Positions 38,385 to 51,857 are shown, counted from the first letter of the stretch. The stretch is DNA of 64,000 nt from Amoebophrya sp. A120 (GCA_905178155.1 CAJINV010000005.1:674564-738563), one strand, 5' to 3'. Notes: a model not told the origin generated them from the letters alone. A program made the numbers and translations.

Positions 38385-39767
38385 CTATGCAAGCGTGTCG
38401 ATAAGCGCTCCGGCCATGCTGTCGTCGACTTCGCGAAGCTTGAAGATGTTCTCCACCACCGCTGTGTTGAATGTTGGATTGTCATGCGAAACAGTGACAG
38501 TAACAGGAAAAGAAAATCATCTTTCATGCGCGTCAAGAAACTAACCGGTCGTCTCATAGAAGTATTACTTAGCATCTATTAAATCTATGTATGTGCACAA
38601 ATGAATTGTTCTATACCAACTTCCGTCGCGGTTGCGTCCATACCGACGAATGCTCGCCAGTCGTTCGCGGTCACGCCAGCTGCGACAACCTCGCTACCTC
38701 TGTTCACGGTACCTGTAAGATGAGCAGAATATGAAAATGTTGAAAATCGGACGAATTTGGGTTGCGAAGAACAGAATCACAAAGGGGGCTGCCATGCGCG
38801 TCCTCGTGCTACAGTTGAAGCAAATAATATAAATGGTGAAAAAAATGCAAAAAAAACAGTAGTACCTGCAGTGAGTGGCAGCTGCAGCAAATTACTAAGT
38901 TCTTTCAATTCCTCAACGGGTGTATGTGCGTGGCACAATCCTCCTCTGTTGGTCAGCACACAGTAGCTGCCGACCAGCTCGTTTCCAGCGATGGCGTACC
39001 GGAAGGTCTCAACCTGGTAAAAAAAAATGGATTTCGGAAAGCCGTTTCAGTTTTTCCCGCACCATGCGGTGCTTCTTCGTGCAAATGAACTGACCACACC
39101 GGTCTTTTTTCATGCATGTTTTATATTCCCAGTAAAAAAAATTCATAAATTTACCAATGCAGCAACTCCTTCAAAAGTACCTTCAGGACATCCTGGATGA
39201 TCTCCTCCGTTTCCTTATCAAGCTGCGGATGGACCAGAGCAACATAGTCGTTGCACACGATCACGTTCCCTAGGCTGTTTAGCCTCTCTTCGACCTTTTG
39301 CAACTTAACCTCCGGGGGGAGACTGTTCCTCAGGTGCTGCATTTCCGCATCGGTGGTGGTGTTAGGAAGAAGAAGCCCGTGGCGGTTGCCGACCTGAGAT
39401 CATGAAGATTCAGTTTATTTTTCAGTGGCACAATTATCCAGAAACCGCAAGATGAACATTCCCATAATTGATAATTCCTTCGCGTTTTCTTTTCTTGCAT
39501 GACAATAATCGTCGGTCTCTCTTCCACCTTTTCATGCAACATGGCAACAAGCAGTTCCTAAAGCAACATAGTAGATACCGTCAATCTGCCAACGATTCTG
39601 CAATCGCCGATGGTGCAGTGCACAACTGGAAAGTTTTCCGGCAGTTCGCTCTGTATGCTGGAGTAGAAACTTTCCGAGCCGCCATGCCCAACCAACGCGT
39701 AGCTGTTGGTTACTCGTGCAAAGACGCCAACTTCGGAGCTACTTTCATATCTCGTACGGGACGCCAT
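38385..39767 (-). CDS. EIF6: Translation initiation factor eIF6
   Basis: [65 protein letters not shown] and GTVNRGS; introns appear to be GT-AG only. Confidence 0.95.
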
Positions 39768-40865
39768 GGTGTCGGAAGTGTGGGGTGGTCGTGGTTCTCA
39801 GTTTCTTTACAAAGGAGACGGTGATAAAAACGAAGAGGGACTCACGAAGAGATGAGTCTTTCGTTAATTAATAGATGGTCGGAACCGTTTAGCGGGGACA
39901 AGCAAGTACAACGCGTGGTATGGTCGATAACGGGGTAGTACGGCGAAAAGTTGATGTAAGTTGTGTGGTGCTGTAAAACTAAGTGTTGCGCACTTAGAGT
40001 TGTTTCTGGACAAGTTAAGTATCAAGTGAGAATCAATTGATGCAATTTGTAAGGAAGCTACCGCGAGAAGAAAATCAGCGCAGGACTATGTAAAAGAGAT
40101 CTAGTGCCTGCAGGGGGAGCTGTTTCGGAAAAATGAGAGATGAAATTGGCGCGAGATCAGCGAAACTTGAACTTACTTTGATGAACTCCGGCAGAACAAA
40201 TAATGATATAAATCATGCACATGATTAATTTTCGGAAGATCATTTGTCGCATGCACTGATTTGATGGATCAGCCAAGGAGCGGGCGCTTTTCTTGTCTCA
40301 CAATCGATCCATTTCTCACGTTGACGGAAGATCTTCGTAATGCAGGTACACGGTTCACTTCAAATTCAATTTCACGAGGGGATCCGACGCGAATTCTGAC
40401 CACGTGCGCAGAAGCTCCGTAATATTTGAAATAAAAACCGACGACTTGCAATTTCGTTCACGCTCACTTCATCTTCATACTACAGTTTAGAAATCACCGA
40501 CCTTCGTAATTGTAAGTATCCAGAGCTCCTCCAGATGGAACATTACTGTGGAAAGTGCATTCAGGGCTTCATTTGAAGAACGAGGTCGCAGGAGAAAGGC
40601 GATCGCAATGCAGATCCCTCGCAAAAATATCCGCTTTTGCTTGTTTTGGCCTACTCGTACATTTTCGAAACTCAAAGGAAATGATTCATGCTTTTTTGTC
40701 GATGCCAATGGCACGACAATGCGGTTGCGGGTTCACTAATTCTACAAAAGGTTCAATAGGTATTGCTGCAGCCCCGGATGAGAGGAGGCGAGTAGAGAAA
40801 TATCTGCCAACGAGTGACAGGCCGCCTCCACCACGCCTATTCGCCGCAATAATTCTCCTTACCCC

Positions 40866-42682
40866 TTACGACACCCAGGCACTCTTGAGGTTCAAGTGGA
40901 AGCTCTTCTTTCCCGGTTTCCCCTGCGCCACCTTGTAGTACGCGGGTCCGGGTGCGCGGTTCCCCACTGCTTCTGACGGTCGCTGTTCCTCCGTCGCTTT
41001 CAGCGCACTGATTCCTCGCGCGACGCTGGGTCGCGCGGCGTGCAAGGCGGACACCGGGTCATAGGTCCCCGGGCCGGGTTGTTTGCGTTTCGCCTCCTCG
41101 CGGTCTTGCTTCACTTTTTCAAATTTCTTCGAGCTCATCTCGCTGCGCTCGACAATAACCTGATTGATTTTGTTTCGAATTGCTTGTTTTGTCATGCCAC
41201 GAAAGCGGATGGTAGTTGCACATTTTATCGGGAATTGCAGATGAAACTAAAAACTCCACCCTCATCAGTCCCGGTGCAGCACGACACAAAAGACGCAGCA
41301 ACATCATCTGGTGTACCTATACCGTTTTTGTATTTGGGTTTAGATTCTTGGCCCCGGTATTCAGCGTGCTGGGCAGCGAGTATGAGGCCGGTTCTGGCTG
41401 CACTTTTTCCGCTAGTTGCACGGCGTTTTTAACAAATTCGCCTTTTCTGTCTGCATGACTCAGACTAGTTGCCACGTTATGCACCACCGAGGGAGCCATG
41501 CTGACTTTCTTCCGGTCGGTCGGATTCGCGAAATTACGGTTCATGTGTTGCCGATCGGGCTGGACTAAACTTTTTTCGACCTGATAGATAATGTCGTAAA
41601 ACGCAGGTTCTAGTGGAAATTTGATCTACTGTGTCTCTGTCGTGTGTCCTCAAGTTCCAAAAAAAGTACTTAACTTGTTACCAGGAATACAGCCCTACCA
41701 CCAAGCAAACAGAACCAATGCAAATCAAGGTGGAATCCAGATTGCAAAAATGCTCATGTTGGACGACACTAGCAAGTTTTCCTCATCATCACCTCTTTAC
41801 CGTATACGTCCCGGGCGCGGGCCCCTGCTGCGACGTTGACACTTTCCCGAACGTCCGTTCTGACGCGCTGGTGAAGGCGTTTGTCCCCTGATCCGCCTTC
41901 TGCAGCAAGTCCTTCCTGACATCATACTTCGGGCCCGGCACTTCGTCCTCTTTCTTCAGCGGGTTGCTATGCCGTGCCGGGACGAAAGCTGCCGAGGGCG
42001 GCGCCTGCGTCGCGCTCCCCGGCGCTATGGGCGCGACGTGCTGCTCGACGGAGTGGTTCAGAATCGTGTACGCCCCGGGGCCGGGGGCGGCGCCTCCGCC
42101 CCCCCGTACGTGGAACCTCTTCGTGATGGACGCAAACCCGCCCGTGCCCTTTTTGCCCCAGCCGGAGGGGATTTTGCCGATGGAGGACCCTATGCTGTAC
42201 GCACCGGGGCCCGCTACGTTCTCCTCTCGCTCGGATTCGAAGCGGAGGGCACGACTGCCGAACGCCTTGTTCTCGCGTTCGCCGCGAAAGAGGATAGTTT
42301 CCAGCTTAGAGGGGATGGAGGGCGTCTGTGATGAAATAATACGGCGATTGTGATAGTACGTTCTTCAAGTCAGTGTCGTGGCACTGTTGAGATTTCCAGT
42401 GGCAGCATGAATGGTGCTGCTGCCTGCACCTGCTGTCGGTGATGAAAAAAATGAACCAAATGAACCTTATCAATCTTCATCTCTCTTTGCGAGAAAAGTG
42501 GCTAGATTGAACAACATCACTCACTATACCGGCGCAGACGCTGATGAGGCGGCCTGTTCAGCCTTTGATTTCGCACTGTGCACAATGTTGCCCCCATGCT
42601 TCCTGCCGACCGTTCGGTAATTTATCTGCTCCTCGTTGGCGCTGGTGGTGGGGTCTATTGTGGCCGCTCGGTATGTCACCAT
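40866..42682 (-). CDS. Sperm-tail PG-rich repeat (SHIPPO/STPG1-like) flagellar protein
   Basis: Repeated PGPGAY/PGPGTY/PGPAYY, SIPSK...KAFGSRALRF and C-terminal KKSFHLN..WV; start codon uncertain. Confidence 0.8.
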
Positions 42683-43681
42683 TTTCGGGTCGGAGGGGGG
42701 TCTCCTTCAGCGAAGATGGTCGTTCTTCACTAAAAAGTATTCTGCTGTTTCCGATTGGCGACCTCTCCTGATGTTTGTGCTGTCTCCCTCGGAGCAGACA
42801 CTGCACCAGCACTACCGCAAAACCACGTAGGCAGCAGCGTGACGAAGGAGTAAAGCGTGGTGGTAGAGGCGGAATTTCGTTCTCGTCGTGGGCCGTCGCA
42901 GTGCGAAGCTGCCTTGGTGAGAGAGTGGCAAATCCGTATGGAGAAGGTACGGGTGCGGGTGTAGTTGTTGATCCCAAATGCCTATATTCGTTCTCGATCA
43001 AGTGATGAAGAAGATTCACTTGCTCATCGAGGCCAATTCGTTTTCGTGGAAGAAAGATGATCGTGGTCCATTAATTTACAACCAAGTTTGCCTAAACAAG
43101 AATCAGCTCTCTTCAAAAGGTACAATGATGACAGGCCGGAGAGCACTACCGATGAACTAATTTCAAAGCGTCCGACGCGATTGCGTACAGGCATCTCAAA
43201 TTAACTCTTGCTCTCTCGCCCCAAGCTCGCTCCATCATCTCGAGATCGAGCCATCAAAAAAAGCGACGTTGCATACATTACATACTAAACAACCACCAAA
43301 AAGAACAACAATAAAGCAAAGCCACTTCACAGCTGCCTTCTACTCTCTTCCGCATAGCAGGAACATTTTTTTTCTTCATCGTGTACAAAGTTGCAGCCGT
43401 GCTCTTGCTTGGCGTCGGCTGCTCGGCGGTACGGTTCTACTGTACTCAAAACCTCCGGAAAGGTGCTATCCTGTACTACTAATGAGATTGATATAGTGGC
43501 TGCTGTGCTGTGCTGTGCTATTTGACGACAAAATCAACGGCGTTCTTAGCAGCATAGTTCGAGGCGGAGCGAGCGATGATCGCTGACCTGCTTTTGTGTG
43601 TTTATTTTCCATCAATCTTCACGTAGTGGTATGGAGTGTGGCGGAAAGTCCTCGCGATAGTGCAAACAAAAACGTCCTTTT

Positions 43682-45240
43682 CTACATTTCAATCAGCTCC
43701 ACGACTTGTTTCATGATTGTTGGATTCGCAGCGGCCACGATCCGTCGTCCATCCAGTTCCTTCGCGAGCATTTTTCCCGTGTAATCCGCAATGACGCAAC
43801 CCGCTTCTTGGCAAATCAGGATTCCCGCAGCCACGTCCCATTCCTTTATGCCCGTTTCGAAGTAGCAGTCTAATCTCCCGCAGGCGACGTTGCACAAGTC
43901 GCACGCCGCGGATCCGGAGCGGCGGAGGTCCCGGGATTCAAGCACGACGGCCATGGTGTTTCTCGCGACCGTCTCTTTTATCCGGTGCAAGGCGGCGATC
44001 TGCTTTTCATCCAGTTCATCCCGACGGGTCGTGTCTCTTAACTTCGCCAGTTCCTGTACCTGAAACCCTGTTCCTACAAGAGATTCCTGCAGTGTTTTGC
44101 TGCTCGCGTTTCGGCGTGACAGTGCGATCTTCTTTAGTTGCACCGTGATGTTCGTCGATCCAGGCTTTCTTGTTTTACTTTCGAAGCACTCCAAGAAAGC
44201 TCCTTTGCCCCGTTCCGCCGCAAACAACTCGTCCAAAATCGGGTTGTAAACGACGCCAAGAACCGGTTCGAAATTTATCAAATGTAAAAACGTCTGGGTC
44301 TGGAAGATTGAAACTTGTCATGCTAAATCCGAATAATGCAAAAATCTGTGTTGCATGAGTGCCAAAAGCTGTCCACTTTCGACCAAGTTGGGAGGTAGTT
44401 TCTCATGCGGGATAGGCATGGCAGAGACCTCACAGACTCTGTCATGCTAAGCCCTGCATTCCAGACCTCATGGGTCATGGAAAATCTGCATGACAAATCT
44501 AGGAATCTTCCAGACCCAGACATTTTTACATTTGATAAAATTCTCGTAGTACCCGATCGACACGCCGACGTACGGCACGCCGTGCACGAAGTTGGTCGTC
44601 CCGTCAATCGGGTCTATGATCCAGGTTTTGTCCGCGGTCAGTTTCGAAACCCCCTCGATCGCGGTTTCCTCCCCGAGGATCTTGTGGTTTGGGAAGTCGG
44701 CCAGGATCGCTTCCGTTATTATTTTTTCTACCGCCACGTCCACTTCGGTAACCAGGTCGGCGGCGGAGGCTTTCAACTTGATGTCTACGTCCGATAAATC
44801 AAAAAACACGTCTATCCTGAGTAAAAACCTACCCACACCAGAGCCAGGATGGGGATTTTGCAACACAAACCTAGGAGCTTTGTGAGTCACGCATGACAAG
44901 TTGCACTCTGCAGTGTAGTGCAGGTTAGCAAGTGCAGCCGCGCCACAGATTCATCTGCTCATCCTGTTCACAGCATCACAAATTCCAAAACACGACTGGA
45001 AATGGCTCTCATGCGGATGCGCATTACAAGTCTTCCTGTCTTTGCAAATCTGCATTACAACTCTGGTGTGGGTACGTTTTTACTCAGGATAACGTCGTTT
45101 CCGAGGCCAAAGCTGGCGCGAATCCGGTCGCCGACACTGCGAGCAAGAGTTGTGACGAACGAGAGCTCGGGGCGGAGTTCTGTTGCAGATGTGTGCGGTG
45201 CCGGTGCAGCGTCGTCAGTGCCTGCTTCTGTTGGCGCCAT
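43682..45240 (-). CDS. Inositol monophosphatase
   Basis: DLVTEVD, ILGEE, WIIDPIDGTTNFVHG, GSAACDLCNVACG and WDVAAG; interrupted by two TIR elements. Confidence 0.95.
44276..44537. mobile_element. Family-A TIR introner (262 bp), DR AAATT
   Basis: Removal gives SIGYYEN|FEPVLGVVYNP, a conserved IMPase segment. Confidence 0.95.
44813..45091. mobile_element. Family-C TIR introner (279 bp), DR ACGTC
   Basis: TIR TATCCTGAGTAAAAACSTACCCACACCAGAG; removal gives LGND|VFFDL. Confidence 0.93.
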
Positions 45241-46343
45241 TTTGTTTTGCCACTAGGGCTACATTTTATGATAAAAACAAGTACTGGTGAAAACTGGAAC
45301 TTCAACAAGTACGAGCAAACGAGGTCGCAAGAGTGAGAATTGTTCCGAAAAGTAAGACTATAGAGACAAGCACTTACTGCATCAGCTCCAGCATAGGTCT
45401 TTGCTCGAAAGCGATGACCGCGTAAGATTAGCTCGTTCGCAAAAGCTAAAAGCAACAATTGTCTTCAGTATGAACCGATCGTCCTTCTCTCGATCTCGAT
45501 GTGAGCATCAAGAATTTCACTGATCAGTTTACAGTTTACAGTGTTTTATCGTGATGACCGTGGGCCTGGGACCGTGCCCTTATCTGATCATTTGTGGCTT
45601 CATCTGCTTCAAGCTTCAATAACGAAACAACGATGAACATCAGCGGCTAGCCCTCGTTCGCCGAAAGAACGACCGCGGAGTCTTTCACACCGTTATTCCG
45701 TTTGTTCATTTTCGCTTCTCTCGAGAAACCGTCTCGGAGGCCGATTGCAAGCTATGCAACCCTAAAATCAACAAAGATCATACAAATCTCGGCATTTTGC
45801 AAACTACGCCTCAGAATATTTTTTGTTATTCTAGAAGAGGATGAAACAGTACGTGCTTGCAGTTCAATTGTTCCTAGGCCTAACGTACTCATCGTTCTTT
45901 TGATGTGGTCTGTATCCTATACGCAGGCACCCTATTTCATGCAAACACTCAGAACAAAATGTTCATACTCTGCATTTGCGGCATATTAATTCTCGGTCGT
46001 AATAAGTGACCGAACTGAGCAAATGCGTAAAGCAGCTATTTTCCCAAATACAACAATCAATATCTCAGCAGACGCGGTCTCAACACGGCAGCAGAATAAT
46101 GATGAAAATTTATCGAGCTTCCAAAACGTCAAAGCATATTGTTTTCACAAATCGGCAAATATTAAAACTTTATTTCGTTGGCCGCCACGCCCCCCTGCAG
46201 CAAAGGCTGGCACGTTCCTTGGCAAGAGCAGCCAGCCAACCGTTGAAGAACTCCTTTTGTTGGTTCTGCTGATGGTGCGCAGGTTCTGCTGATCATGCGC
46301 AATGAAGCCTCGCGGCCCACGTCAGCTCCTGCCACATGGACTT

Positions 46344-49300
46344 TTACTCCGCCGCTCCTCTTTCCAACGCCCTCCGCCCTGTCGCATCGACGACTTGCCG
46401 CCCCCCTGCATCCACCACGCTGCGACAAAACGGGCACTTGTAATGCGACAGGCGCAGACACTCCCGGTGCAACCCTTGCCGGCCCTGGCAGCACTGTAGC
46501 TGTACCCAGTTCGACTCTACTGTGGGCGACGACGAGGTCGATGATGTTGTTCTACTACAACCGGAGCAGTAGTTTGCCTCTCCTCCACGACCTGTTCTTG
46601 CCCTTGATCTCGATGGCGCTCGCGGTGTAGTACCGCCGTTGGTCGTACGACCACTTCGAGTTCTTGTGGTCTCCACCACACTTCCACCGCTTCGCCAAAA
46701 CCGCGGCAGCCGCACCCGGAACAGCGGGCTGAAGCCGTATCAAATGTAAAAGTGTCTGGGTCTGGAAGAATGCAACTTGTCATGCTAAATCTGAAGCATG
46801 AAAAATCTGTGTTGCATGAATACCAAAAGTCGTCCAGTTTTGACCAAGTCGGGAGGGAGTTTCTCATGCAGGATAGGCATGAGAGAGATCGCGCAGAATC
46901 TGTCATGCTAGGCGCTGCATTCCAGACCTCATGGGTCATGGAAAAGCTGCATGACAAATCGCGCACTCTTCCAGACCCAGACATTTTTACATTTGATAAG
47001 CCGCGCGGACCGACAAAGTGGACGGACCAAAAGCGGCCGCCCGCCACGGCCGACTCGTCCGGAAGCTGGTCGGCCAGCTCGCCCAGAGAAAGGGACCGAA
47101 CTAGAGGTTGCACGTCGAGGACCTCCAGAGCGTGCTGTGCAGCAGCTGGAGGTCCCGTCATAGTTCGTTGTCCACCTCCGTGGAGCCCTGAAGACGTGCT
47201 ACTACCTCCTGATCGACGTCCCGCGCTGCGGCTACGAATGATCACGGGCGAACTGTCAACAGCGTTCGGCGAAAACATGGTCCTCGTGCTTCTATCGCCT
47301 TCTTCTATAAGGACCGCTGGCCTCCACCCTCGTTGTGCGCGGACATTTGTTTGTGGGGTACCACTACCAGTTGCAGCAGGCAGAAGATTGTCGTCGGCCT
47401 GTTCAGAATCCCCCGCCTCTTCCCCCTCCTCACGCTGGAACTGGCGCCGCATCTGCGCACTGCCACACCAATAGGCCAGCACCCGCAGGAACTTCTCGTA
47501 CGCCATCTCTATCGGTGTGGTTTTCGGCGCGAATCCGGACCTGCTGCGGGCGGATTCCATGCACACGACGCAAATTGCGTCCTCGTCAGGTTCGACGTGC
47601 AGGGAGGACGCACTCCCGAGAGAACCGGAGCTGCGGGTTTGCAGCGGGGCGTCCTCGTCTTCGCTGTTGGGGGAAGGAGTGCTGGAGTTGCGTGGCTGAT
47701 GATCAACATCCGGAGATGATGACAACTGCGCAACGCCACCTGGTGTGTGAGCTTGTTCCCGTCTTCGCCCTCGCGGCGTACTGCTGTGCTGCGGAGGAAG
47801 AACGTCAGGATTCTGTGGCTGCGCGCTGCTCCCGTCACCGCTCTGCTGCGCTAGCCTCGGGAAGGAGGACATGATCCTGCGGTTGACGTGATTGTCGGTG
47901 GAAAAAGGCGCCTCTGCGGGGGAGGTCGGCGTACCGTTTGTGGTCGTGCTTGACGGAGTTCTAGCGTTGCTTCTGTTCGCAGCTGGTGCAACAGAATTCC
48001 GGCTCTCGCTGCTCTCCTGGTGCCCTCTCCGGTCTTGCCGCCAACCAAGTGTGGCCGCAGAAGTTCTTGTGCCGCTTGACGGGGGCACTCTTGCCGCCCC
48101 CTGCCCTCCGCTTTCACGATTCGAGTGGTAGTTCCGGTCAACATTTCTGCTTCTTCTACCACCTGCCTCATCTATCACAGGCGGCGGTGGCGGAGGTACC
48201 CCGGCTAGGGGTGGAGGCGGTGGAGGGGGCGGAAGAAGATCCTGTTGATGCTGCTCCGCGAATGGAACAAACTCCTCCTCGTTCCCCTGCGCATGATGCT
48301 GTGCAGATGTGCTTGTCCCTTGGCGCCACTCTAGCGCTTGCGACATTCGGGAATAAGCTTCCTCGCGCACTTCCCTATTAGAGCTCGCCGACGAGGACAC
48401 GCTACCGCTGCTCCACGGGCGGCGCAGCACGTGCCGCAGAGGGTCTTCCGGGATCAAAAATGAGGAGGACCCTATAATTCGTTCATCTACCGCCAAATCG
48501 TCACTCGAAGAGCCTGGCGCCCGCGTAGTACTAGTACTAGATGAGGCAAGAGACAAGGTGCGGTTCGAGAAGCTTAACACCCGCCGAAGCATTTTATCAA
48601 ATGCAAATATGTCTGGGTCTGGAAGAATGTATGTTTGTCATGCTTGTCTGGCATGACTCTTAAATCTGCCATGCATGTTACCCAAGAGCCCCACTTTTCT
48701 GTCATTCAGAAACGCAGTTTGTCATGCAGAATAGGCAACACCTAGAAGCTCAAAAACTTGTCATGCTGGGCCAGCTCTTGTGGCCTCCTCATGATACGCC
48801 ACCCAGCATCACAAATTTCCAGACCCAGACATTTTTGCATTTGATACATCTTGGCCATGGACGAAACCTCCTCTTGATCTTCTGAAGGTACTGTTGACGC
48901 GTTATTCATCATCTCGCCGTTGTTTTGCAACTCACGAGTTGGGGTCTGCTCTGGCTCTTCTCGCACGGCAGCAGTTCTTGCTGCGGGGCGAATGGGCGTG
49001 GTCCTAAGTAGACCACTTCCAGTCGTAACGTCGGTACTAGTAACATCAGTGGGCAGAGCGGAAGATGCGGCCCTGGTCGTCGTGGTAGTCAAAGTTATTC
49101 CGCTTCTTGGGCTTCCCGCAGCTGCACTAGTATGTGCAGCTGCAGGTCGTGGTGCTCTACTACTTGCAGCTCCAATCACGGTTGGCCGTTCAGCTTGTTC
49201 TTGTTGTTCGGTCGGGGCTATAGAAGTTGTGGAGGAAACCAGTGAACCCGCTCCGACCACTGGGCTTCTCGGCGTAACAGGAAGTTGTAGGCCCGCACTC

Positions 49301-50178
49301 CGGGGAGCAGAGGGCGTCCGGGTACCTCTTCCCCGTTCCGCAAGATCGGCAGGCTGAGGCAGCCTAGCTGTTGAGCCACCGCCACCGGTTGCAGCAGTGT
49401 GTGCAGAAATCAAGGACGATCGAGGCGTCGCAGCTGTGGCGTCCCTCGTCCTGCTCCTGGCGAGTGGAACGACGGCCGGGCTTCTAGAAGTTCTTACGCC
49501 CTGCTGCGCTGGAACGTCGTGCTGTACCCCCGGCGAGTGGTGCAACACCTCTTCTGTCGTCCCAGGCGAAACATTCCGGTAGGAAAAGGCGTGCGCCGTA
49601 AAAAAATCGTCAAACAGCAGGTCAACGTCGTCTATTGCATCTGCTCTTCCAGACGCCGCAGCTGGTACAGCGGCAGCATCTCTAGTACTACTACTGCGCC
49701 GTGCGTCGCGCCTCTGCCGCCACAGATTCTGCTGCAAAACTACGCTCGCCGCGATCTCCCGGTCTCTTGCCGTGGTAGCGGCAGCATCAAGAGCACTGAT
49801 GCCCCGCGGCCCCTCTCCATGCAGGTCGGCCGCACGAAAACCGTTTCGCCAAGTCACGGGTCTGTCGTGGGTATCTCGACCACTTGGTCGTCCGTTGCTC
49901 TGCTCCGGACGAGTGGAACACGCCGGCTGCTGCCCAGAGACAGGCTCGGTGCGCAGCAGCTCTGCTAAGTTCGCATTGTTTCGGGCAGGCACGGGTAAAA
50001 GGGGTCGAAATCCGAAGGCGCTGTAGTCCTGCGGGGCGTACAAGAGGAAGAGGTAGTACCAGACGGCGGAACGCAGGGGCCTGTGCATGTCTTGTTGGTT
50101 GATGTGACCTCGTCTTTCTGACGATTCTAGCTCGGATTGTATTTGATCAACATGAACGTTGGCCAGATGAACTAGCAT
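46344..50178 (-). CDS. Disordered protein with split RING (RING-CH-like) zinc finger
   Basis: After removing two elements: ICVVCME ... QCCQGRQGLHRECL ... KCPFCR. Confidence 0.65.
46738..46998. mobile_element. Family-A TIR introner (261 bp), DR AGCCG
   Basis: Removal gives VGPRG|FSPLF, in frame with the CPFCR exon. Confidence 0.93.
48595..48846. mobile_element. Family-A TIR introner (252 bp), DR CATTT/CATCT
   Basis: Removal gives SMAKM|LRRVL, joining the 478-aa and 691-aa ORFs. Confidence 0.92.
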
Positions 50179-51857
50179 GAGAGGTGGCGGCGCCGCGGTT
50201 TAGTCACGACTCGTAAGTACTTTTGGCAGGTCACCTTCTTCTTCATGTTTATTCGGCAACGCGGTCACTGACGGTAACGCAATGATTGGAAGATTTGGCC
50301 CTGTGCTGGTTGCGGTTGATCGACAGCAATAGATATACTGAGCAAGGGACCAACATTTTTTTGTACATGACCCCAGGTGCGCGGCGACGATGTGCTGTGT
50401 GTATCTGTTTCTCGTTTACTTATCAATCAAAACTAGTCAGAGCCAAAAGTTTTCCATTTTTACCGCCCTCGTTTTCGTCACACAACGGGAAATAGATCCA
50501 CATTTTCGCACTTGCACTTGATCGTAGTACTCGTACTAAAACTAAATCTTCTAAATAGCACACAACAATAAATTTGTGTGTGTCAATTTCGTTTCGACAT
50601 ACATTTCTTGGCGAGGCGACTAGCTCCGGCGGGATAATGCGGTAGAAGAACTACGTTCCAACCAATTCGAAGCTGTCGTGACTTGCGGGACCGATTTGGA
50701 CGGCGCAAGGGTTTAGGGTTCGTGTCAGATCTTCAGCAACGCTAGCTCATCGGCAACAAGGTACGACTGCGATAGAAAGAAAAACCCACGAATGAAGAAC
50801 CGCAGGGCCAACAATGAATCAAAAAGCAGGGAGCGCAACTCAGGCAAACAGGGAGCGCCACGCGGAGACCGCTTGTATGGGCGCCTCATGGAGTTAGGCT
50901 CTTGTCATCGCCTCACTCAGAACGAGGGAGAGGCCTGATTCCCCAACTCCTTTCGCGCTCATCAGTCATTTTGATCTTGATAGAGTTGTACAGTTGATGA
51001 AGCATCAAATCGAAACGAAGCAGGAACAGGAACAGGCATATTTGTGCGACGCAACGCGCAATGAAAATTCAACCTTTGGGGCAAAAAGCGATCCAACTCT
51101 CGCTGCTTCCTCATCTCGAAATGGAAATGGATAGATTTCAATGCGTGCAAAGAAAAATAGTTGAAACGCAAATCTTAACGCTGTTCTTCGGGACGAGACC
51201 ACTCACATTCTTTGTTGTTGTTACAAAAATGTTTACGCCCGGCCGGGTGCGCTACCAGACCTCTAGCACTATACCATTTGAGTAGGTATGATCAATGGCT
51301 CGTCTAGGTAATTGTACTGCCCCTGAAAGAACGCGAAAGTAGACGCCCTTTGTGTGCCTCTTTTGTTCTCGTTCTGGGAACTAGCAAAAAAACCTGTTGC
51401 TACCTGCAGGACGACAGCCTCGGCTTTCTTTATTTTGTGTTGCACTATTCTACAGGCAGTGGTGGAGACAAGTGAAACCTCTTGTCCCTACCTAGTTGTC
51501 AGCATGACCCTATTTCAATACTGCGAATGTGTTCGCGTTGTAGCTACAGGGACATCTATTACTACTTGCTGTTGCTGTTCGATTCTCCAGCAGCTCAACA
51601 ACAACTACAGGCCAGAAAATGCATTTCGGAGCGTTGACTGGTGCAGACTGCTGCAGTATCCAGTTTTCTACACATGTAAACCACGAGGAAACTACTCATA
51701 AGCTAAGGGGAAAGATGGAAAGGGCCCGCAATGCATCGATTAATTCTGCTATCTTCGAGGATATTGTTTATTGTTTTTGATAAAAGTTAAAGTCAAAATC
51801 TAAGTCTGAAAACGAAATCGCGATATTTATTGTGTCTGCCCGTGGTAGTTGTGGTCA

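Noticed and set aside
43682-45240. Element-containing genes as transposon-disrupted pseudogenes
   Set aside because: Catalytic motifs are intact and frames are restored exactly at each junction, with no other lesions seen even where the elements have diverged. Transcript data are still needed for formal exclusion.
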